DNA from: Welwitschia mirabilis
Taxonomy: Eukaryota
Assembly: GCA_051453625.1 (NCBI GenBank)
Contig: JBOZIK010000001.1
Span: 23,121,050 to 23,161,235 of the forward strand
DNA length: 40,186 nucleotides
Direction: 5' to 3'
Positions 1 to 12,300 of the stretch are shown here, one piece after another. Both the position numbers and the translations under genes were made by a program. The notes below the pieces were generated by a model. That model did no database searches and was not told the DNA's origin. It saw only the letters and a list, made by a program, of their open reading frames with translations. Within the stretch, counting starts at the first letter, position 1. Each line of letters opens with the position of its first letter.

Positions 1-234
1 CCATGGTGGAAAAGGCTTAAGATGGGCCGATTTGCTTATTACAGGAATCATCTGGTGGTTTCCCTTCTTTGTTTCCTTGGCATTGCTCCGCAGGGCGTGG
101 TGAATGTACACGAAATGCTTTTCAACACGGCATCTTACCTGACGCGTGGAGGAGAGACCGGCATCTTTACTCCGATGCACCTGATGGTCTGCCGTAAGCC
201 CATGAAGGCAGATTCAGTAGCTGGTTCTTCTTAA
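1..234 (+). CDS. SMT2: 3' end of 24-methylenesterol C-methyltransferase (SMT2/SMT3 type); partial, starts upstream of the window
   Basis: Frame +1 is open from base 1: PWWKRLKMGRFAYYRNHLVVSLLCFLGIAPQGVVNVHEMLFNTASYLTRGGETGIFTPMHLMVCRKP...*. This matches the plant SMT2 C-terminal domain (PWW.RLKMGR.AYWRNH...GVAPKG.VDVHEMLF.TA.YLTRGGETGIF.PMH...CRKP). TAA stop at 232-234. The Met at 22 in the ORF track is internal. Confidence 0.93.
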   Translation, partial: PWWKRLKMGRFAYYRNHLVVSLLCFLGIAPQGVVNVHEMLFNTASYLTRGGETGIFTPMHLMVCRKPMKADSVAGSS

Positions 235-1266
235 GGCGTTTTTATTTATGGGATTTAGGGTTTTGACCAGGCGTTGAATTCCTGCAAGCACGCTGAATTC
301 AGGCAATGCAGCAGATTTTACAAATCGAATTGATTCTATGTTCGTGCTCTGCAGCTTCCATTGGAATTTGTATTGGTTCTTTTCATTTCTTAATTTCTTT
401 TTTAGTATTTTCGCATGGTAATAGGGTATGTCTACCTTGACCATTTTTTAATCGGTCACTGCCTTCCTTGATATGCTAAGCGGTGACTTAGAGTTAATGT
501 AATCACTTTCGCTTATTTTTTTGTTGGTCCTTGTGCTTACATTTTTATTGTTGTGTAGAGAGATCCGAATGCGCACCAAAGAACTCGACATGTTTCAGCG
601 AGCAAGATGGGTTCAATTATTTGTTTCTGGTTTACTTGTTTGGGGTTTGTTATTCTTTTTGCTGGAATTCTCCTCTTTCTATTTAAATCCAAATGCGGCC
701 ATTTTGCTCTTAGAGTGCGTACTGGGGCAATTCTGCTCATACATTATCATGTATGCATTGCTGACTGTACCTTCATTGATTCCTACTTGGCTTTGTTTTA
801 TTACTCTATGACCTCTGCTGAACTTAACAAGGTGAAGTTAACTGTACTGCCTATTAACAATATTTGAGAGCCACTATTGTGATCCGTTCGTCAAAATAAT
901 AAAAATAGTATTAGTTTCTGACTTTCTGCTAGCCTGCCTTCATTGTTTGCAATGTTCCTATGAGTTGTTTTATGCAACGCTCTTTTCATATTTCTCCACA
1001 TTAAGTACTTATCTGGATCTTAGGCTGGTTGTGTGCCGCATCCTCGCTGGTTGAGGAGAGCATATATGTAGGAAGTAGAAGATTGTCGTTGAGTACTAGA
1101 GCCATTACGACGTCGTCCCCGGCATTCGATTCTCGCCAATGTTTGCGTAACTATTGGGATTTGCGTTATCATATCGACGTGATTGACCTGGGATACACTG
1201 GAACGACATAGCTACATCAAATTCAGTCTGTATGTTACAATTGAAAAGCGCTTCGGAATCGTGATT

Positions 1267-1473
1267 TTCGCGATTCTGGAATGGTTTTTAAGAAAACCGA
1301 GTTAAATTAGTGCCGAATCACGATTTCCTTGAAATTGCGGTTTTAGGGCCGGAAATTGCTATTCGCGATTCTGGAATGGTGCTTTAAGAAAACCGAGTTG
1401 AATTAGTGCAATCACGATTTCCTTGAAATTGTTGTTCTAGGGCCCGAAATTGCTATTCCAGGGCCCGAAATTG
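1267..1473. repeat. Two-copy ~95 bp tandem repeat plus a short terminal duplication
   Basis: Unit ttcgcgattctggaatgg...aagaaaaccgagtt...aatcacgatttccttgaaattg...agggcc.gaaattgcta starts at 1267 and again at 1362. The segment agggcccgaaattg recurs at 1460-1473. Confidence 0.9.
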
Positions 1474-4400
1474 TAATTTTTGAGCGGTCCCGTGATTCCT
1501 GTGGAACATGAAAATATCAGTTTCCAACACTTCTAATACGTTTTGTAAGTTCTTAGTTTCAAGTGGAGAAACAAGGCTTGCCAATAATAGAAAACCACAA
1601 TTTTTGATCGAATCCAATAAATTCTTTGGTAGAAAAACAAATTTCATTTGCTATTTCAGAGTGATGATGACTTATTTTCGATCAAATCCAATAAATTTTT
1701 TGATAGGAAAACAAATTTGATTTACTATTTCTAAGTTATTTCAACTACTGATGATGTCCTTTTCCTTTTTCTGGATTTCTTTCTTATTTTGCTTTTTGCA
1801 CAATACATTTACTCTTTCAACTATGGGTTATTGTAAAATATGCATTTAAGATACATAAATGATGCATTTTTAATGTGTAATAATTATATTATATTTTTCC
1901 CATTTTACTTTTGAGTTTTCAACTTTTCATTATGAAAAGCCCTCATAGACTCGACTGTTTTCTTCACCCTTTCCCTACGTTGAATCAAATTTTGCATATG
2001 CACTTTACTTATGTATAATTTTTATGAAGTATAGACACATTCATTTTGCATATGATAAATTCCACTTGTTATTTAGAAAATGATAAAAATATTGATGTGA
2101 TTCCAAATAACCATGTGTTTAATTTACAGTGGTTTAAATTATTTTTGTGCTTTATAATTATTTAGATTAGAATATCTTTTCAGAAGAATAAAAAGTTTCT
2201 TATATTTTTGTTTTATTACATCACGATTCCATGTAATTTCAACTCATTTTTCGCATCTTGCGATTTTAATGATTTAAATCTTTAAAATGAGAATGCGATT
2301 CCACCCCTCAATCTGCATTTCAAAAGTATAGTTTTATTTTTCCAGTGGATTGTAAGTTCTTTTCCTTCTTTTCCAGAAAATTATTCAGGTATGTTTTATT
2401 GCATAGTCACACAGAATATTAAATAGCGTTTCTATGGACTTATTGAAAGTGCTTTTTTAGCACGTGTATGCGATAGCTATAATTGTGCCTTTGGTTGTTA
2501 CTGTTTGAGTTCGAGTTTTACCGTGATTCTACAATAGTGTCTTTGGTTGTCACACATGTATTCAAGGCAGACACCCTGCACGTTTCAAGACAAAGAAGCC
2601 GCAAGTTTCAATGTTTTGGATACCGTCTCATGAAATAAAACAACGTGTTTTGCAGACTTCAAAAAACTAAAAAGGGCAGCCTCTTTTCTTATTTATGCAA
2701 ATATTTTTCTGATATAAAAACTAAAAACGGTAGCCCTTTCTGTTTATGCAGGATATCTGCGATGCATTTGTAGCTAGAGGTTGTTGGATTCATGATATTT
2801 CTTGATTTTTATTTGATGCAAGACTGGATAGAGTCGGTGTCTCTGCTTGTTGGTGGAGCACAGGTTCTAATCTAAGGTGAACATACAAAAACGTGAGCAA
2901 AGTGATGTTCTTCATTCTTTGCAAGATTAATTGTAGACTGAAACGATGTGCACCAAGGAGAGGGTTTTCGGCAAGTCATCTCAGTTGACTTCCAAGTGCC
3001 GCATGAACCTTCATGCAATCTTTCTGAAGCGGTCTTTATTGTCATGCCTTAGACTGAAAGTTCACTTTTAATAAAATCTCAAGTGAGCTATTATAGAGAA
3101 TTTCTTCGAACACATCCCCAGGCGTGGAATCTGGAATATTCTTCACTTTGTTTCCGTTTATCATCGAGTAATGAAGCTGAAGAAGATTTTCTGCCCGTTT
3201 TCTGGGTATACGACTGTACTACTTTGGGTATTTCAGTGTCCTATTTGCCAGTTGGCTTTAAGTTATCATCTTTCTTATTCGTATAACAGATTATTCCCTG
3301 TCCTTATATTACTTCGTTCTGTCATTTTGGCTATACCTTCGAAACAGTCGACTTCATGTCACTAAATAGATTATTTCTTTGCACTGTTGTTGGTGATGCC
3401 CTGTTTTTCTTTTTTTTCCTTTTCTTTTGCGTTAAAACTTTAAATTAACGGTTGCACACTTATTTTCCATTGTACAATCTGGTCAAGAAAAACCTCTGCT
3501 GAGCTGTCCGTCTTTTAAGCCTTTTTCTTTAATGGCATATTGCCTCTTTGGCAATCACATTGGTTTTGCCCCACGTATCTCAAGCCTAGCAACTGACAAG
3601 CCATCAGTAATTTTATTCTTTCGCTTTATAATCAGTGGAGTCTTTTGATCACTTGTATACTAACAGAAGAAACAACAATACTACCATTACAAATTACTGC
3701 CGCTTACTCACGTAGTGATTCTTTTCCTGCCCCTCTTTTTAAGTCTGAGGTTTTCTATTTGCATTTTCAGTTGCTTTGTTGTTGCAATGAAATGAGGCAA
3801 CTCTCAACTGAAATCCAAACCGTCAATGAAATGAACCTTTCTAAGTCCTTATTAAATTCCCCGTTTCCTGAAGAAAAATCATCTCTTGAGACAGTCCATT
3901 CATTTTGAACGCTTCTCCTGGTTACCCCAACCAAAGGTGCAAATATGTTTATTATTCCATGGCACCTCTATGTTATTAGCGGATATCATGACCAAACTGC
4001 TAAGCTTATGAGTATAGTTCTGTATCGGGATTTAGTTAAAATGAATAAAGCGTATTCTAACGACTTATTTCAACTCTGCCTTATACTTGCACGGTAAGAG
4101 CTTTCTTAAATACGCAGGGGTGCAAAATCTCTTGGATAACTGAAGACGATGCATAAAATTAATGCATCATTTCGTGTGGTTTTTGTCTGCAATTTAAACG
4201 GATCCTAAAATTTCAGTTGCGCTACTCCAAGTGATATGCAATGCGGTGTCATATTGCCCAAGAGGGTAACTTCTACACGTGTGTGGTGATTCATCACCTA
4301 AGAGACAAAGCCGTGCGAAGTACAATGGGTTCGGACATCTGAAATACATGGAATTTCTAGTTCAGATCCTCCACAAGAAAGGACGATCCCTACTGGGTGT

Positions 4401-4847
4401 CAAGTAAATGAAGTTAAGAGGCGAATGGCATGATTCTGTTAATGCCCTCAATGGACAGCACACGCGCATTTGTTTTCCTGTTATTTATATGTTAGCATTA
4501 GAAGGTAAAGCCTGCAGATGATTTATACGGCATTTTTCTCTAGTGGGAGTGAAAACCACATCGTTTTAGGTTGCTCAAGTGCTACTGATGCCATGGATAG
4601 CCTAGCTGAACAGATGATTTATGTTTGTGGGCTTTTCCAGGTGAATAAGAAATGCTTCTTATTAGCATTATCATTGTCATTGTTACATATTTATGAAAAT
4701 TAAAAACCACATAGAAATAAAACTTCAGAATTTCTTAGTGACGTCATTGGTGGGAAGGTAGCACACCAATGACAATCCTTGGTTTTTGTGGGTAAAACGG
4801 AGGGTTGAATCTGTTAACACGAGCGTTACGATCCAAGTTTTAAGCAC

Positions 4848-4906
4848 TTGGAACTTTTAAGGATGTCTTAAATATTTGGAACTTTTAAGGATGTCTTAAA
4901 TATTTG
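4848..4906. repeat. Perfect 28 bp tandem duplication
   Basis: ttggaacttttaaggatgtcttaaatat occurs at 4848-4875 and 4876-4903, followed by ttg. Confidence 0.95.
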
Positions 4907-5429
4907 ATAATTTACAGATTGAGTAAGAATACAATTTATTAACACTTAACAAATTGTGTGGAAGGGTCCGTCCCACTCCCCTCAAAATCAAGATTGATTT
5001 ACTTTTTTTAAACTTGTTTATCACAGTTCATTTATTAAGATTAGACTAAAGCACTTAAAGAGTTGGTTCTCCAAAATGGCCAGTTTTATTCATACCTTTT
5101 TCCACTGTGAGCTCCCTTAAAAAGCTCTCGTGCAACTGCTTAAGTCTTCCACAGCTAGGCTTCTTCTGCTTTTCAAAGATCTTCTATATATTTAGGATTA
5201 ACTTGTATGAACTTGATATACTCTTAAACTGTTCGTTTTGTGTCATTTACAGAAGTCTTGCTATTTAAATAGGCTGCATCAGATTTGTCCTTTTCTTTCC
5301 AAATTACTTTTGATATTATTATATTGATCTAGCTTTGTGTGTATGCACATAGCTTTGACTAAGGACGATTGTTTGATATGTTACTTCATATACAAGGTTA
5401 GGTTAATAATTGCAGGATTATATTAGGTT

Positions 5430-6500
5430 TGATCTTGTAGAGAAGAGACTTGTTTATATACAATTTGACAATGACACTTTTCATAAATAATGCAAAAACC
5501 AAGGGCCCAACAAGAGGAGCAATAAACACGTGTTGCTTAAGTATGTGTATGCAAACTGGATACTTACTTGCAAGGATAGCTTTTTTATTCTTGCATTTCT
5601 CAATTTTATTTTTAATTTTGTAGAATTTAACTACTACTTATAGCTGCCCCAAATCAGAAAAGGATTCGTAAAAGTTTATATACTTCATTCTTCAGAGAGA
5701 ATATTCTAATCTTTAGGGTAGACTTAGTGTCTAACTTCTCGTGGAAATAGAAAATCGACTATGAATATTTCATTGTCAATCATAAAGGAGTTATTTACAA
5801 AGTGCATGTTGAAAAGCTTCTTAGAACTATTAGCAATCTTGATTCCTTGAATGTAGCTGGTGGAAATATCTTTATAGAGAGCGTGAGAGAAAATTAGCAG
5901 CCAAGATAAAGGTATGGGGCCAAAGGGTACTCATGCCTTATTGGTCGTTTAAAGCAAAAGCTTGTAGTGATACCCACTGTAATAGCAACATGGACATTGG
6001 CATTGGCAAAAAAGGTATGAATTACTTTGAATTTTGTAATAATGAATTCCTTACAATGTTATTTACATTATATTTCTGATATAATATTTTTTTTAAAAAA
6101 GAACATAATGTTTTATGACAAATGTATGTTAGCTAAGATGTTTTTGATTAGTAAGTTAGGAAATAGCAAATTTTTGATATTGATCAAATAAAAATCTCGA
6201 TCATATCATGTGACAAGTGAAGTTTTTAAAATGACTATTTCATAAGTAAAATCCTTAGTGAAACATTAGTGGCAAGTCTCACCATCAACATTGTCTGTAT
6301 GCAAAGCTTGTTGAGTTTGATGTGGAAAGAGGAGGTTGATGTGTAGAGTTATATAAGGATTTTTGAGTTTTGTGTGTGTTTTATTGACATAGTAAATTAT
6401 TGCTTACAACATAGTAAATTTTGCTTATACATTTGAGAGGTGGTACAGGTGAAAACTAAAGAGGCAGACATGTTACAGACATAGAATATAAAAGTGGAAG
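5430..6500 (+). mobile_element. Possible highly decayed CACTA (En/Spm) TnpA/Ptta-like remnant
   Basis: Short translated patches, KTKGPTRG (~5495) and GKSHHQHCLYAKL (~6270), recall RGPTRG and NH.LG..GYA.L motifs of Ptta/En-Spm proteins. They are separated by intron-like T-rich stretches. No ORF and no CACTA termini seen. Confidence 0.25.
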
Positions 6501-6896
6501 TAACAAAAGAAGCAAAGGCCTTTTCAAACAAATAAAGAATTGACAATGAGTAACAAAAACTATTTTTTTCCTTTTCCTCTCCTTTCTTATTCCTCTCGTT
6601 TGGGCATGTATTGTTTTGTTTTCTATATTTTTATCTATATTTTTTCTTCTCTTTTGTTTTACTTTTTTTTGTGTACTATAAATTTTTCTCTTTAGGTATA
6701 ATGTAATTTAATAAATGACCTCGAGAGTAGTGGTTTCTGACGACGTAATGTTTAATGTTTTTTTTACCTGTAGGCCTTAGCAATCAAGGCAAGGTAGTAG
6801 TCTTAAAATAATAATTAGTACAGGTAACCTTTATATTCATTCTTCTACAAGGATCATAAGGGAATTTCAAAGCTTGCAATTGTTCACTAAATGAAG

Positions 6897-6900
<4 letters not shown>

Positions 6901-6934
<34 letters not shown>
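6901..6934. repeat. (GA)17 microsatellite
   Basis: Direct reading. Confidence 0.98.
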
Positions 6935-6938
<4 letters not shown>

Positions 6939-8449
6939 TGCTTTAAGAAAGGAAAGCAAAAGTAATAAATGAAAACTTCTCCTTTCAAGCGCGATAGAAA
7001 TGATTTTTCACAACACGAACAACCAAGCAAGCATAAATCAAGGAACCTAGAAAAATCCTCGTCATTTTCTTAATCCAAAAGGATGGATCGTTAAGTAGTG
7101 GGGGTTTTATGGGAAAACGAGATATCATCTATTGTGTAAGTAGCATATTGTGAATGCAACCAAAAGAACTTGCAATATCAAAATATCACCATTGTTTAGA
7201 GATGGACCGTCTTACAATGACAGGTAGAAAAGAGAATGAAAGCATAATTTTAGTTAATTATAGGATTTCATATTCAAAAACGTAATAACAAAAATATAAT
7301 AGACACAAACACCATAGTTTTAGATAATTGTAGGATTTCATATTGAAAAGCTACACAAGCATATAATAATATTTAGAATTAGGTAACAAATATTAAATAA
7401 TAATGTGTGTGTATATATAAATTTTATAGTAATATTTAGAATTAGATAACAATAAATATATTAACATTTAAAGTTGCTACTACACTTTGATAATGCAACA
7501 TACAAAACATAACTAGTGCATGGAGAGCTAAGTTAGGTGTGTTTAAACCCTTATTAAACATTTAAAAAGACTCATTTTAAATGCTTAAGAAAGACTGCAC
7601 TTGTAGGAAACATTGGTTGCAATCAGATTTCTTGCTATCACGAAAAACTACTAAAATGCATTACACACTTCACAAACCATGAAAGAAAGCTCATGCATTA
7701 GAGTGATTAGGATGTTTGGTTTATGAATCAAGTAATTGCCCTAAACAATTCATGGACTATGTAATATAAAAAAGGTAGGGAAAAATAGACTAATAAAATA
7801 TTAGAGATAAAGATTATTTATGGAAGATTGAGAGATTATTCAGGAAATCATCAAAATGGTCTTTGATTTTATCATGACATAGACATGAAAAGGATGTTGA
7901 ATGTCTTACAACCTTAAGAAGAACTCAAAATGTTCAACCTTATGATAAATACGTGACCACCCTAATTCCAAAGATTTAAACTATCTTAGGATTCATCTAA
8001 CAAGATCATAAAGAAACATTTGTTTCTTTGAGTTTCTTTAATTATGAGAAATCTTTTATTTGAGATATTATATTACTACTCGTAGAATTATTGACACTCA
8101 CTGCAACAAAGGAGTTGAAAACAAGCACGTTAGTAGGCATATCATAGATCCTTATGCATGCCATTTTGAAACAAAATGTTCATGGCCTCGAGATTGAAGG
8201 TTTTAGAGCAAGAGTTCAAAAGCTAGACTAAAATTCTAGTCCTTAAACTTTACATTTACGTCTTTAACCATATACACAAGATACAAAAGAAGCATAGGCA
8301 TTAGTAAATCTCAATGATAAGCTACTCTTGAAGAATAGTCCAAAGAATAAGGAAAACTAAAATCTACGTTAAGTAACCACCAAACATGTACCATAAGATT
8401 ATCAAAATGCTGAATTTCAAAATGAAAATTCAACCAAAAGGTGCCAAGA

Positions 8450-8720
8450 TGCCTTCATCTTTGTATACCTTTTGAGTAAGGGTTAGTCAATATGCTTTGA
8501 TAAATTCTAGTTCACTAATGTTTCAATAAATTCTAGCTTTTCCCTTTTTCTCAACATGAATCATTTTGATGGATTTTAATACCTAGTGCCTTAAACATAA
8601 GTTTTGTTCTTTGTTTGTTTTTGAAAGCAAAATGTATATGAAAATGTCATCCAAATATCTTTCCCTCTAGGAAAAGATGTAGGCCTAGCAACTTCACCAA
8701 GTTCACTAATGCAAATGAGC
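8450..8720 (-). mobile_element. Decayed Ty1/copia RNase H fragment
   Basis: Minus-strand patches ISELGEV, QRTK, IHVEK and LTNPYSKG occur in the same order as copia FISELG..., H.RTKHI, ..VEKG and LADPLTKG. Multiple frameshifts. Confidence 0.4.
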
Positions 8721-9349
8721 TTGTGTGTTTCCAAAACCCACAAATCATGAAAAAACATGTTCTAATGTTCTCTTACCTTATCTAAACTTTTGTTAAAATT
8801 TTAATTGGCTTCTTAAGTTATTGGAAGTAATTGAATGCTATAATTTGATGCTTGTCACTATACATCTAAGACACTATTAATAGCCTAAGTCCCATTGCCA
8901 TTGTTGTCATGAATGCCTATCCACTGAGAATTGTTTATTATTTATTATTATTTGATCTCAAACACTATCTAGATCTGTACTAGTGTATCTTGATGTTAGG
9001 GTAGCATAACTTTCTACAATTTGATAACTCGTAAAACGTTGTGCTTTAATATTGCTTAAATAGGTCATAAGCATTCACTCTCCAAAGTCGAAGCCATGTC
9101 ATAAAGTTATTTTACATAGCATTTTCTCTCAAGGCAAAAAATTAAAAAAGAAACAAAAGAAAGAAAACAAGCCATGCTCCAAATCAATAGGTAATTTAAG
9201 CAAGTGTAAGTTGATGGGATTTTTATGACAAGCTATGCATCATCAGTTGTGCTCGCTTGAGTGGCTTACAAGCAACATTGGAAAAAGTGTAGTATTCTTA
9301 GGTGAATGTAGCCCAATATGGTTTTATCTATTGTTTGTCATTTCTTTGT

Positions 9350-12300
9350 AATTGAATTTTTTTAATTTATAGCAAATTGAGAACTTGAAATGGCTACTTT
9401 AGCAAAAATTTTATGGCATCCTATCCATGAAAATAATGAAATTCCCATGCAGCATATTTGGAAATAGAATCCAACTATCTTGACCTCCAACATCAAATGG
9501 TCACATTATGAAATCTATATTTATTGACCTTACACAAAGAGTTAAACTCATGGGTCTAGCATGGAAACACAAGGTTGGGAGATTAACAATTGAAGATGTT
9601 GCATCGCATATTGTTAAGGGGAAAAAAAATCTGATTTATTCCAATGTTACCTATTCATCATGCATCATTTACATTGTTAACCCTTTCATAGTGATTCCAA
9701 GCTTAATCAAATTGACATGCAACATTACTAATTAATCACACAAGAAGCATTATGTATTATTCAAGACTGAAGAGATCAAATAGAAAACACATTGGTGTTA
9801 CAATCCAAAAGCCCTCTAATATTAGATCAATAATGAAACATAGTACAACACATAGATCTAGGGTTTTTAAGGCTAGAAACCCTATTAACTTTCTATCATA
9901 GAGAAGACTTCACATAACCAACTCCATTACCATGACTAAAACACTCTAGAAGGGATGTTGATATAGATGACTTAGCCTCACGAGTTATAACTAAATCTAT
10001 AACATCTTTTAATGGAAGGGATCACATTCATTTACAACAAATAAACATGGGGTAGCACTTCCTTTAGTACACAATATACTTATAAAACATGCTAATGATT
10101 GAATTACAATATAGATGAGATGTTTAACACTTAAATATGTTTGGCCAACACCAAAATTTTACCAAACTAAGGTTTAAATCTTAGTTTAATATCAAATGAC
10201 CTATATTACTTAGAAGACACACTAATAGAGACTAAAACCAGCAAAGAACAAATCACATCCCGTCCATGACATTGTTAAATGGACAACTTCTTTAATATTA
10301 GCTATTGTCAAATACAAGTTGACAACCTTTAGCATCCATGTCCAAGTGATGAAGAAGCAAGACAATTACATAAACTAAGCAATTTGACTACATGGCTTGG
10401 ATAGATAATATAATTAAGATATATATGAAGAAGTCAAAAGAGTAAGGAACAATTTGATNNNNNNNNNNNNNNNNNNNNNNNNNNNNNNNNNNNNNNNNNN
10501 NNNNNNNNNNNNNNNNNNNNNNNNNNNNNNNNNNNNNNNNNNNNNNNNNNNNNNNNNNNNNNNNNNNNNNNNNNNNNNNNNNNNNNNNNNNNNNNNNNNN
10601 NNNNNNNNNNNNNNNNNNNNNNNNNNNNNNNNNNNNNNNNNNNNNNNNNNNNNNNNNNNNNNNNNNNNNNNNNNNNNNNNNNNNNNNNNNNNNNNNNNNN
10701 NNNNNNNNNNNNNNNNNNNNNNNNNNNNNNNNNNNNNNNNNNNNNNNNNNNNNNNNNNNNNNNNNNNNNNNNNNNNNNNNNNNNNNNNNNNNNNNNNNNN
10801 NNNNNNNNNNNNNNNNNNNNNNNNNNNNNNNNNNNNNNNNNNNNNNNNNNNNNNNNNNNNNNNNNNNNNNNNNNNNNNNNNNNNNNNNNNNNNNNNNNNN
10901 NNNNNNNNNNNNNNNNNNNNNNNNNNNNNNNNNNNNNNNNNNNNNNNNNNNNNNNNNNNNNNNNNNNNNNNNNNNNNNNNNNNNNNNNNNNNNNNNNNNN
11001 NNNNNNAATTGATATCAAAAATGTTTTACATAGTTTAGAAACTCTATTAATTAAAGCTTACAAAATGTGGGTTATAACACAACATCCTGATAAATATCAT
11101 GAATGTAATTGGCTATTAGAATGAGCTTCTTTAGTCTCAAGGAGGGGTACGTAGAACCTCCATCTAGAAAACTCATATTGCATTCTATTTTTTTCCCAAG
11201 CACTTTTTGCTTGTAATTTACATTATGCAACAAAATTAAAACAAAGGTAAGGATTAGATTTGCATGAAACTTTGTGAAATACTAAAGAATCAACTGCCAA
11301 GGTTATAGATGTTCCTCTAGATCCCCTTTGCAAATCATTTTTGCTAATCATATCCTTGGGATTTTTTTTGCTAGAGTTCTTGCCTTCTTGTACATATAAA
11401 TCTCTAGGTTTATCATTGACTAAGTTTGGAATCACCCTTATACATTCATTTTTAGTATTTTGTAATTATTTTTTTGGAGTATTTGAGTACAAAGATCATT
11501 CAAATCTCATTCTTGGAAAAACCTTTTTACAAACTCTTTTTGCAAACCCACTAAAGTGTTGAAGAAGAATTTGACCAAAGTTGATTTTGAGAAGTAGGCT
11601 ACATGGTATCTCCTTTTGGAGCTGAATGCAAAAAGCATGTGCACTTCAAGCAACCTGACTTCTGTGAGTGTATACATGCCACATGGACACTCCTTTAACA
11701 ATCTGGATGAATACATTTAAGATGTTGTTCCAGCTTCTGCTTGCTTAAGTGTGGTAGAATTTTTGTATATCTAACTATGTCCTATTCAGTACACAAATAA
11801 GCTATATTATTGATGGGATAAAAAGATGGGAAGATAACAATGATGAAAATCATCCGTAACTTTATTTTACCAACTTGATGTCCCCTAATAGCATGAAGAT
11901 TCACTTGGTTTGCCTTGATAAACATGAACATGTTTTTAACATGGATAAAAGTCATGTGACGTTTAATACGTGATCCATTTTCTAATGTATTAGTTATATC
12001 TAATGTTTTTGAAGTTTTCAACTTGATCATTGTATGTGGCTTATTACCATGATATTTAGGCTTATTACCATGATATTTAATATAGGCAATTATTCAATTA
12101 TATTATTGAATCAAAAATATTATTTCTAACATTGTTAGAAACTTCTAAACTATCATTTTATATTATTCAAGGCATCATAGGCGACATCATTTTTGCCGTT
12201 GTATAATTACTATAACTTGAATATGTTGCAAAGTCATTGGGAGCTTTAAAGTCTTGGGTTTGAATCTTATAATGGATGACTGGGTTTGTGGATTATGTTT

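Noticed and set aside
214..1211. Short ORFs 214-444, 521-811, 537-740, 607-867 and 1029-1211
   Set aside because: They overlap one another in the T-rich 3' UTR and flank of SMT2. The hydrophobic look follows from T-richness, and none has a recognisable motif.
2740..4703. Short ORFs and AG/GT exon-like patches (3083-3365, 3645-3908, 4217-4430, 4518-4703)
   Set aside because: No recognisable protein, and the exon candidate at 4217 has stops in all three forward frames. A non-coding transcript cannot be excluded without RNA data.
7600..8040. KHWL, VWFMN and FYGRLRDY patches resembling CACTA Ulp1 or DUF4216
   Set aside because: Patches are too short and their spacing is inconsistent.
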